A stretch of 64,000 nt of DNA from Azolla caroliniana (taxonomy: Eukaryota; Plantae; Polypodiophyta), in contig JBHGNT010000006.1 of assembly GCA_043228905.1 (NCBI GenBank), forward strand, positions 2,852,001-2,916,000. The letters are read 5' to 3'. This document shows, one piece after another, positions 10,930 to 21,999 of the stretch. The stretch's first letter is position 1. Every line of letters begins with the position of its first letter. The notes below the pieces were generated by a model. That model saw only the letters and a list, made by a program, of their open reading frames with translations, did not search any database and was not told the DNA's origin. The position numbers were made by a program, and so were the translations under genes.

Positions 10930-11325
10930 TCGCCATCTCTATCGTTATCGTTATCTCTATCGCCATCGCTCTCTCTCTGCTTCCTACTCAAGAGTCACGA
11001 CAGTTTGAACCGAATGAGTTGTGATGAGTGTATGGACTCTTATTTATAGGCCCTTATGGAGTATTCTAGAATGTTCTAGAATATTTTAGATATTTATGAA
11101 TAATAATAATAATAAATATAATCATGAAATATTCAAGAACATTCTAGAATAATCTAGAATGTTCTAAATATCTCGTAATAACTAAACATATAATTATTAT
11201 GATTACATCTCACATATGTTATTACAATGGTTAAAGTACAATATGTAAACCAAGAGGTTATGGGTTCGACTCCTGGTTCGCCAAGATGAATGTCATGATA
11301 AGCCAAGATGTATGTCTTCATGACA
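10930..11325 (-). repeat. Rearranged 5' LTR: intact U3 (11005-11325) plus 73-bp inverted U5 (10930-11002)
   Basis: 10930-11002 is the reverse complement of 5542-5614; the equivalent of 5615-5769 is absent. Confidence 0.92.
11064..11164. promoter_or_regulatory. Two heat-shock element arrays in U3 (also at 5829-5929)
   Basis: TTCtaGAAtgTTCtaGAA and TTCaaGAAcaTTCtaGAAtaATCtaGAAtgTTC: alternating nGAAn units just upstream of the TATA box. Confidence 0.75.
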
Positions 11326-11976
11326 GCAGGAGGAGAGCTGTTTTTTTCTTCGAAATCCATAGATGTTTCAACTTGAAGCTTCCGTAACGATTCCCGAAGG
11401 TGGTCATTCTCAAGTTGAAGTTGATGCATGGCTTCCATGAGCTGATTTATTCTCTCGGTAAGATCCGACATGTTGAGGCTTAGAAAATGGGAAGGTGAAC
11501 AAGCTGTCACGAATGGGTGGTTGAGGGTAAATATTAAGAGAGAGCGAGAGTATAAGCAAGAGAACAAGACTGTCACAGACAAGTAGATGAGGCTCAATAC
11601 TAAGAGATAGCGGGAGAGAGAGCATAGACAAGAGAACAAGCAAGAGAGAGAGAAAATAGATAAAAGAATAAGAACTGAATTACGCTTTCATAACTGGTGG
11701 TGTTCGCCTTGATTGTAATCAATGTGCACCCGAGTATTTATACAAGAATGTGGAGGTATGCATGAAAGCTAGAGAACTTCTAGAGAGTGCATGAAGATGC
11801 ATTCTCTAGAAGTTTCTTGAAAGTTTTAGTGATCAATCTACAATGTAATAACTTGAATCTTATACAATATAATAATTTATAGATGGATGTAGCTCAACTA
11901 GTAAGGTTGCCCAATAAGACCAAGAGGTCATGAGTTCAACCCCCACAATTTCATTTGTGGCATCCTCTCTATGACA
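11326..11976 (-). mobile_element. Older Tcn1-like element: 5' LTR (11505-11976), self-PBS and gag N-terminus
   Basis: TGTCA...TGACA ends; TATAAATA at 11742-11735; PBS 11492-11501 complementary to 11701-11710 (9/10); gag start MSDLTERINQLMEAMHQLQLEN. Confidence 0.8.
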
Positions 11977-13450
11977 CTCATCGCTTACGCAAAAAACAGA
12001 AATAGATATGGTGCAAGTGGACAACCTTGTACACTTTGAGAAATTTGAAACACGCATCACCTTTAACCCCTCCTGACAAAACGGAACTGAACAGCAAGTT
12101 GAATTGTACAAAGAAGACACTCTTGTCACCCATTTCTCCAGAAAGCCAAGTCTAACAAGAGTACCATGAAGGAACTCTGAATCAACTCGACCATATTCTT
12201 TTTCAAAGTCAAGTAACAAAATAACCAAATCCTCTTTTTTCTTGCAAGCCAAGGCATTAGCTTCCCAAAAAAAAAAAAAACTATCCATTATACTTCTTTC
12301 CTGATTAAAACCTATTTGGGTGATATGAATCAAATCATGTAGCAAAGGTTGCACTCTCAACAATAATGTTTTTGAGAAGATTTTATATATTATATTTAGC
12401 AAAATTATTGGCCTCCATTTTATGATATCGTACGATATACCTTCACTCTTAGGTATTAAAGAAATCAAGCCAATTGCCATACTATGAGGCATAGACCTAG
12501 TATCAAAAATTCTTTGATAAGCTTTCGTTAAATCCTCCCCAATATATTCCCAATATTTGAGGAAAAAATGTGCAATATTTCTATCCTCCCTTGGACAAGA
12601 CGTAAGACTTAAAGCTCTAAGTGCATTACGTATTTCCATAATGTCAAAGGGCTTCACTAATGCAACCTTCATTTCGTTTGTGACTGTCACCAAGAGCATT
12701 ACCAAGAACAGCTATACATGGCCACATGCCTCATGTCATGGAGGAAATTATTTTGATAGTCTTCTACATTGCTTCAAATATTTTCAATGTAGGGTACCCA
12801 CAAGGTTTTACACTCCAAAATTTCCTCCTTTGCCTTCTTTCCGTCTGCAATAAATTTACACCCTTTATTCCAATACTAATTCCAATGTTTAAAAAGTTTG
12901 TGAGATGTGAAACAAACAACCCCCCACATCGAAAACCTAATGAGTACATTTTAGTACGAAGCATAACTTTTTAAGTGTGGCAAACAATTAATTAAGGTGT
13001 ATCACACTTGCCCTAAATTGACAATTACCCTTGGGTATATGTACAGTTGTTGTCCCCCCACACTTGAGCAAACATTCTCAAAATGAGATTAGTTTTCTAA
13101 CTAATTGCAATATTCAAATTGCAACGTCTAACTCCCCTAATCTCCAAGCATCAAGGCTGTTAAGTATTCACACTTAGTTGTGGTGGTGGTTGGCAAGCTT
13201 CCCTACATAAACCCCATGAAGGTAATAGTTGTATGTCTAATGAACCTCGTGAATTGTAGTTGGTCAAGGAGAATAGATATAAGGTGCAATGGATATCTAT
13301 TCTTGATGATGTGATTGAAGTCGAAACATGGCTTTGAAAGTTTCTCTTATTAATGAATTGTAGTGTTTTGATAGTGGGGAGTGGAGTGTCAAAAGAACCC
13401 ATTACTTAGTACTAGAATTTTAGTTAATTTTCCGTAACTCTATGTGCTTA
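11977..13450 (-). mobile_element. Degenerate L1-clade LINE ORF2 (RT) fragment
   Basis: LIPK...WRPIILLNIIYKIFSK...Q.GF...LLDFEKEYGRV motifs; the upstream boundary is approximate. Confidence 0.8.
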
Positions 13451-13559
13451 GCTTGGTTATATATAATGCTCGTATCAAGAATAGGTAGGGGCATGAAACT
13501 TTGTGGTAGATTCTAGAATTTTGCCTCTTTTTCTAATTCTAGCCCCACCATTTCACAAC

Positions 13560-16380
13560 TATGTGGTACCCTTGATAGTGAAAGCTTATAGCCAGAAGAG
13601 GCACTAGTTACTACTAGTTTGATTGGTTGTTTTATGTACAAAGATAAGTCCAATAAAGAATGTCATGTGTATAACGTGTCCAACAATATTTTTCTTTGGC
13701 GACCAAAAATGCTCAAAGAATGATGTACTTCCTCCCTCATGGTGCAAAATAAGCACAATTTATTTTGAATTGCAACATTGACATCACTTGATAATGTTCA
13801 GTCAGTCAAGCTTGTCAACCTTCATATTATTTGATTTTTTAATGTGTTCTTGGAATGGGGAAGTTGAATAAATCCAATACTCGTAAAAACAAAAATGTAT
13901 ATGCGCTTTCCAAACTTCCTATCTAATTAAAAGTGCTTGATATGGGAGGTTGAATTATTCGAGGACTATAAACCAAAACCATGTGTGATGACATTTTACA
14001 CAACTCGAGAGGGGTTGCTAAATGAGTAAAACATATCAAATATAATCAAGAACATGTGATAACCTCTTAATTGATCAAATGAAACCATATAATAAGAGAA
14101 ATGAACCACCTTCACATGACAACTAAATCTAGTATTACAACTTTTTTTGGTATCTCACACGTTCTTATTTAGATGTGGCGTGCGTCATTCATTAAACAAC
14201 TCCTTAACCAATCAAATGAAGCAATTTAATAAGAGACATGGACCATCTTCACCTGACAACTAGATTTAAAAAGAAACCACTTAAGTCAACCTGAACATGA
14301 TTGTTCTCTTAAGTCAATCCGGATGCATGAGTGCCAAACAAATGGCCACGGAAATAGTAGGCACGGCCGTAAAGATGCATGAGATATTTTTGTTAAATGA
14401 TGTAATATATAAATGCTTGGTTGTTTATGATAAATGTGGTTTTGAGATTTGGTATATGATGAAATGTCTTTAAATATTATTTGACATAAGCAATCATGGG
14501 GAGAAGATTAATTTACAAATCTATTTTATCCATTTATGGTTATTGTAGACGAACTTACTTAATGGTAATAGACACCAAACAACTACATAATCCTGTGTCC
14601 AAATACCTTTGTGAGTTCATACACGTGTATGATGGGGACCATCAAAAGTACAAGGTGTCTTGGGAGCATTTTCTTGCATTATGGATTTATTTATTATATG
14701 CAAAATTGAAGTACTTTGAAATTGTAGACTGCTAGCTAATGGTTGAGCATCAATGCAATGATATTAAAGTTTGTATTCTTTGGAATAATGGCTGTCTTAA
14801 ATATATGGCTTTTGAGTTCATTTAAAAATTGTAAATGGATAATGGCATAATAGGACAAGTTATACTACTAAAGGTTGTGCTTTTTTTTAATGAATTGTTG
14901 AAATCTATTTGCCAATTTTAAAGAAAACCAATGGTAAAGATTTCTTTAAAGTGAGCATATCAACTCTTTGATCCATGGACATTCCCATATTGGAATGAAA
15001 TCATCAGCATTGGCATCGTGAATTTACCAATAGTCATCACGCACTATAATAGATTATGAATCTCACTTTGGTGAACTTTAAATCTCAACCACGGTAACAT
15101 ATGTGCAAATGAATATAGCATGGTTAGCATACTATAATATAGAGTATTAACCTCACTTTGTAACGCATTTTCAAGCTATGGAGAGGGCCTACCCCAATCT
15201 CACACCCTAGTATTGTTTGCACTACTATGCTTTAATAGCCACATGGTCAAACATGTAAACCCATATAACTCATCTAAACTTAATATGATGCAATAGAAAT
15301 TTGTTGCACCAATCCTCTTAAATTTTATATCTACATCATATGTTTCATTGCTTCTATACGTGTCCATACATTATCCCCACATTATTGATCACCTATTAGT
15401 AGTGTAACACATGGATTGGATGTATGAGGCTCATGCATCAAGTATGGACAACTACAATTATGCATGTTGTTTCCAAATGGTTTGTGAGTAAAAATGCATG
15501 ATCTATTATCACTAGTTGCAATCAATTGGTGGTGATATCAATCAACGACTCTTTATGAGAGACAATATTATATGGTTTGAACCTTTGAAACCTCTCAATT
15601 ATTCAATAAACTCTATCATCATATTAAGGGTTTGTGACACACACACATGTTGTGTACACATTATTTGTTTGTTTAGGCTACTTTTGTCTAGTCTTTCTCT
15701 TGCCTATTCTAGGTTTTTTCTTTATAATGCTAAAACATGATTGTGTGGATTCCATTCTCCATTGTACTTAACCTAGAAGGTATGCTTTATACATGATGGA
15801 GGAGTTTGCCACAACTCTTTTTATTAGCACCATCTTTGCAAATACATATTGTATTATTTCAAAATGCCTAGTTGGAATCTTGTTGTAAAGGATGTATTTA
15901 TTTTAGGATGAAATACAATTGAAAATAGAAAACCATGCGATATTCATGAATATTCCCATATCTTGCCAATTTCCTTGTCTCACTAGTAAAAGTGAATTCT
16001 GCATCCCATTGGCGAAAAAGAGATTGTCATGTAATAACACATTGTGCTTTGCACACAGTATCTTTACATTCCTTGTCCCTCTAAGAAGAAGTGAATTTGG
16101 AATTGCATTTGCAAAAACGAGGTTGCCAAGTAATATCACATCGTGCTTTGAAAAGAAGAGGTTGGAAGTAATATGACATTTATGTTTGGAAGTACTAAGC
16201 GGTTTTGATGCACATTTCAAAACTATTGGCAAACACATAGGATCGTGCCTTCACTTGTGTTTGGAGAATTTGTTGAGCAACTTCCCATATTCTTTTCTTT
16301 CTTTGAATATGTCTTTCTTGGAATATGTTTTTGATCATCTTCCTTATCCTTGGCTATCCCAGGACCCACACCCATCATAG
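13560..16380 (-). mobile_element. Possible highly decayed hAT (DUF659-type) transposase remnant
   Basis: LVFANAIPNS / LFFANGMQNS (internally duplicated, 15990-16150) resembles the FFYANGIPFN motif; other matches are weak and boundaries are uncertain. Confidence 0.25.
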
Positions 16381-16840
16381 ACTTTTATATATGAAAAAGC
16401 AATTAAAACTAATATCGTCTTGGACTTTAAGATATTTAACTTATGATTTGTTGATTGTCAGGGAAGCAATTAATATGCTAACTATTAGTTTATAGACTTT
16501 TGTTGATCAACATTTGAAAATAGATTGCTTAATTTATAGCAAAGCTTAAATGAAAATGATATGCATTAGAAAATGCACACGATTGTATCGGAATATGGGG
16601 GCTTTGTTAGTATTAATATTCTTATGTGTATTTTATAGTTACATTTACTTATAAAGGGGTCTGACAAAATTGCTAGAAGCAATTATGAGTCATTTGATAA
16701 ATGGTGTGCGTGTATAGTTACAAAACTTAGGTTGGTCAATAACCTCAAAAAGAAGAAAGAATAAGAAAGGCATGTTCAAAGAACTGTAGGCTATGCACAA
16801 GGGGAGGGCATATAGGGGAGGAAGGTGGTGAGTGGGAGGA

Positions 16841-18237
16841 TCAGGCATGCGAGGTGGCACGACGACGTGTGAGTGCACGGTGTAGGATGGGTCGTATGGA
16901 TCGGAGAGATATCGTGACATCTTGATCTTCCAAGTATACACGTTTCGTTTCCCACCAACCCTTTCTATTGACCGACTCGGGATCGGACAACACTGGATTG
17001 TGTGGCCCATATTTGTGCCATAGAGAGCTTTCCCTAGGTTGAACCTTATACTCCACATAGTGCAACCCAAACTTTTGTGCGGGCTCGCCGTAGTACGTGG
17101 CGGCCGCCCATTCCGTCCCGATCGGTACCACTTGTATGAACACGGACCCGGGCCTCATGAACAATAAGTGTGTCATTGCCGCCCCATGGACACCTAGCAT
17201 CACATCGCATGTATTGAGGTCCCAGTAAATGTCGGCCATCTCGGTCGACGACTTGGGCGCGACGACGGACACGACGAACCCTAACCTCGTCGCGAGCTTG
17301 ACAACGTCCTTTTCATTGAGGAGCGCACGGGGGCTCTTCCGGGAGACAATGACGAGTTTTGGGCGGGAGGGCGAGGTATGAGGGGAAGGGGTGGATTGGT
17401 GGGTGACGACGCGTGTGCCCGACGGGGCCGACGTGCGTAGGAGCACTTTGGACAAGCTCGACTCGCGTTTCGGGAGGTAGGCCGCGCGCAGCACGTTGTC
17501 TCGGAAGTCTTGCATGGAGAGGCTAGGGTGGAGGGAGAGGCCGAGGGTCTGATTGGGCGGGGCAAGGGTGCGGTTGGCCACGGCCGGTATCGTCAATTCG
17601 TCCTGGATGTTTAAACCCACTTTGAGTTCGGGGAAGCAGTGTGTCCTCGGGTCGGCCGACATGTCGACAACCTTGTAATGTGTGAGCCTCTCAATGACCT
17701 CCTTGTACTTGGTCATCCACCAGCTGTGGTACTCCAGTATGAGCAGCACAACCTCCCCATGGAGATGGCCTACTGACAAATACAAAGGTATGAGGCCATC
17801 ATTGAATTCATGGTACACATTCCCTGTGTATCCTCCTGTCGAGAAAACTACCCCGGGAACTCGGTGCCGCACATGGCACGCTGCCATCTCCATCTCCATC
17901 TCAACCTCTTTCTCTGTCGAATTGGTCCCCATTCTGATGATTTGCCTCTTGATCCTCACTTCATCGATCGTCTTCATCACATTTTCTTCCCATTTTCGCG
18001 TGTATGGCCTGACCCTCTCTTCCCTCCTCTCCGCGTAGGCGCTGCCTGCAGCGGATAGCCTTCCCAGATCAATCACCTGTAAAACTGTGTAATTGTTCGG
18101 AAGAAGCTTCTGTCGAGGCCGCGCTCTGCCCCTTCCCATCACTCTCACGTCTCCCCTCACCACGCATACATCCGTTCGGGGATGCGATCGGTCGCACTCC
18201 ATGGATTTGTCGTTGAGATCAAGACGTGGTGGCCTAT
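16841..18237 (-). CDS. Glycosyltransferase family 61 (xylan arabinosyl/xylosyltransferase, XAT/XYXT/MUCI21-like), exon 2
   Basis: CDRSHPRTDVC, RPYTRKWE, GYTGNVYHEFNDGLIPLY, LGVHGAAMTHLLFMRPGSVFIQVVPIG, YYGEPA, GWWETKRVYL motifs; acceptor ttttctctgcag at 18238; stop TGA at 16843-16841. Confidence 0.95.
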
Positions 18238-18413
18238 CTGCAGAGAAAATCCGAGCAGAAGGAGCGCCAAATGATCTTCCGTCTCATGAATTAAGGGAAT
18301 TTAACGGTTCTTCCCAATCATGTAGAATCAAATGAATGAATTGAAACAGAAACGAAGAGAGAAAAACCAAAGAGACTTTTCCTTCCTGTTTCTTTGTTTT
18401 TTTTTTTTAATAC

Positions 18414-18729
18414 CTGCCTCTTGAAATTCTTCTCTCTTCGCGAAATTAATGGAGACTTGAGGTACCAATTTCGCCTGCGTGAGAAAGCGATCGCCGGGGG
18501 AGGATTCGTGAGCGGAGTAGGATGCGTGCAAGAGTGCCGCAGAGAGGAGGAGGAGGAGGAGCGGGAGGAGGAGGAGGAGGAAAGTGAGAAACGCAGAAGC
18601 AGCGCGAGAGGCGAGACGGATGTGATGGAGCCGTCTGCGGAGGATCAGGGAGAGCGAATTGGAAGAGTAAGGATGGATGGAGCATGATTCGATCCATAGA
18701 TTATTGAGCTTATTGCAGCAGAGCCTCAT
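18414..18729 (-). CDS. GT61 glycosyltransferase, exon 1 (cytosolic tail and type II transmembrane anchor)
   Basis: ATG in gccATG context, hydrophobic AFLTFLLLLLPLLLLLLSAALL, donor CAG|GTATTA at 18413. The phase-1 junction is in frame with exon 2, giving 570 aa in total. Confidence 0.82.
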
Positions 18730-21700
18730 GGCGGATTAGGGCGGACTAATCGCATGAAAACAGATAGGAAGGAAGCATGTATGGGGATCAAAGAGGTACG
18801 CAGAGGCAGAAGAAGAAGCAGAAGAAGCAGAAGCAGAAGCAGAAACAGAAGAAGAAGAAGAAGCAGCAGAAGAAGAAGGAGAGTCTTTCTTGTTCCAACG
18901 ACTTATGAGTTGCCTTCCCCGAATTCTGCGTCTGTCGAGTTTCGAACCCGCGACCTGTTTGTCTCTCTGCGAGTCGATTTTGCTTTTGTATTATTGGCTA
19001 GGTTTCGCGATGTAATCGCATTAGAGAAAAAGATAGAGAGAAGGGGAAGATGTTTTGGTGGTTGGTTTATTTCTGTTTCTTCTCCGTGGGATGGGCACCA
19101 ACAATAACAACTAAGAGTGTATATATATATATATATATATGCATAAATGTATGTATATGCTTCCATTCCACTTTCTTCCCATTTGCTGTACCAATAGGTA
19201 GTTAGGTGAATCAAACCCTCTTTGTGTTTGTTTCCCCTTTCGCCCGACCAAAACCACATCCCTTCTTCACCTCCTCGCTGCCCTCTCGTGCACCTCTGCA
19301 TATGTCCGCCCCGACACCCGCCACCCGACATACGGTTTCGTCATTTCCAGGACCTGAGCACTCCGCGGAACGTGTCCCTTCCTTTTGAGCCCCTCCCCGA
19401 ATCCGTAAGCTTTAGTACTCCGAATGTATCTGCATTCTGAGTTGGAAGGGTGGCATTGTCGATTAGCTAGTATAACATCCGACAGTTTGCTTTGAGCCAG
19501 AACTAGACCATGGTTTAATGGCTTAAACCACCGTTGTTCTATGGGGAGTTAAAACAATTTTGTTTGAAAGTGGATTGGCTTAACGCCCTGTTCGGGTTTA
19601 CCAAGCTTGAAACCATCTTGGGCAATAGCCTAGAGCCAGGTCATATATATATATATATGTATAACATATATGACTTAACATATATTAGTAAATTATCTTT
19701 TACTCCCGAAAGAGAGTAAGAGGGACACATTACCTCATGTTTTAGAAAGCTATTCGGAATCATCCTGAGATTTTTTTATTTACTAGTCGAGACAATATTT
19801 TCTGAGAGCACACTTAATGATTTCATATTGATTAGTGACCCCCTCTCGACCAACATGACCTTTCGTATACTTATCCATACATATCGGTTGTTTCAGACAT
19901 GGCAAACAAACCCAACTATGTGGAATTGTATTTTCCTCCTCATGCGGAGTGGATTCGATAAAGCTCGCCCTTTCCACCAACTATGCGGCAACCGAAACGA
20001 ATCCTCACGAGAGAAAATCATCTTTCGATGCTAAAACTATATTCACATGCTAAGGGGAAAAAGTAAAAAAGATGCATATTCTTTATGGCCATTATCACAC
20101 ACATGCTTTAGCATCTCTAGACCAATAGTTCTAACTATTTCTTATGAATTGCCACCATCTTATGTGTGAATTTCCACCCAACTATTGTCACCTCATATGA
20201 ACAAACTTCTGTTGTTATTTAATTTTGCAAATCACATCTTCCAGCATCATGTGAGCCTAAAGTTATAGGTGTTATAATTGCATGCAACTATGGGATGAGT
20301 TGAGAACATTAAGAATTCTAAAATATATAGGTGCAATCTTCCTTTTAACACAACCAACTCACATTTTTCTCACACCATATAGTTTATGTCACTATGTGTA
20401 TTTATTGCACATATCAATGTAATCTCCATTTCACTAGGTGCTATTATATTGTATGAACTATATATTATGCATGTCTTACGAAGTTCTACCAAACGTTGAT
20501 ATACAAATATACAAACATCTTGTTCGACTATTAATTTAATGTGTATACACACACACACAAAGACGTAGATATACCAACTTGTCTTTCAACAAAAAATAAC
20601 GTGTATTGCAAATGAGTTTTGATGTCATTGATGATGGATACTATCTAGGCCATTCAAACAAAAAAACACTTGTAATCTAAGTGGACTTTCAAAGATGATG
20701 GCTGATACTTTCTTGCACGCCCTTGGAAGTTCTTTTTTATTTTAGTAACACTTCATATTGCGGGTGGGAAACCTTAAGATGATGTGAAAACCATAAAAAT
20801 TTATTAATTACAAAAGCCATGCTCAAAAGCATTGAAAGGAAGTTTGAAAATTATCAAGGGAAATATTGTGGCCCAAGGGACAATCATGCAATTACTAAGC
20901 AAAAGAGGACTTCATTTAGAATGAGTGTTTGAAAACCATAATGGTTATGAACTTATGTGATTTACATATGTATAATCTATAATCCCAAAATTCTTAATTT
21001 AAAAAAACTAGATGTATTGTTCAATTGTTCTAGGAAATAGACCAAAGATCCAAAAGTTATTTTCAGTCTAGGAAATAGACCAAAGATCCAAAAGTTTCTT
21101 TCCAAAATGACGCAACACGCTTATGGAAATAATTAGAGAGGTGTAACCTTATCCTCAACAATAAGTTCTTTGAGTTAGGCCAATTCTAGAGCAAGTGGAT
21201 TCCAATTTTGCATCTTTTTGTGGCAATGTGTCTTCACTAGAGGTATGCCCAAATTGGTAAAACCCCTACTAACAATGACATAAGAATAATCTTTCTTTTA
21301 ATGGAAAAGTGGCATACTAAATTCTTGCTAAACACGCATTCCACCAAGAACGTCACTTAACTATGTTATTTTGTCTCTAGTGGTGGAAAAGGAACCCTAT
21401 CTCAAACCAAAATTTGAGAATGAGATCAAATGACTACCGCTTGTCGTTAGATCCTCGGCATGGTTTAAATTTTACACACGATTTTTTGAAAAAAGATATG
21501 GCTTCCTAGGTTCTTGTCACTTGATACATTAATGTTGAAGGCAAAGGATGATTCTAGTGAATACTCTCCAATTACATTGAAATATCAAGTCTTGATCTCA
21601 TTCTAATCCATTGCATGTGTTGTGTGATTATTTATCTTCCAATTTTGAATCAAATTTTGTGGTGAATAGAGGTAAAACATTGTGCCATAATTTATATATC

Positions 21701-21999
21701 TCCCACCAACTTCATTGTGCAAACTTTATCATGAGACGATTATCTTCTTCGTTTTCCCCCTAAAGAGATACGCCATGGTATTATAAAAGAAATACAAAAG
21801 TTGTGTTGGATAAATGAGTATACCAACCGACTCCATTGTGCTTACATCATAGCAATTTGATGTGTATATACAAGAACTACACATATTTGTACACCATATC
21901 TCTAAGATTTTTATGGTCTACTCCTCCCAAACTGCAACTTAGCATGCAGTGTAACCTATACCACCAACATATGTAGCAACAGAGTCCATAAACAAAGTT

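Larger units (their letters stand above)
5542..11325 (-). mobile_element. Young Tcn1-like chromovirus (Ty3/gypsy) with intact gag and pol
   Basis: TG...CA ends; 5-bp TSD GCAGG (5537-5541 and 11326-11330); U3 copies 5770-6090 and 11005-11325 look identical by eye; uninterrupted ORFs; PPT 6091-6101. Confidence 0.97.

Noticed and set aside
18466-18466. Earlier splice donor (TTG|GTACCT) for GT61 exon 1
   Set aside because: Phase 0 is incompatible with the phase-1 acceptor at 18238; the donor at 18413 fits.
19780-21950. Transposase or zinc-finger remnant (WVCLPCLKQ)
   Set aside because: A single CxxC in a short ORF with no further motifs or termini.
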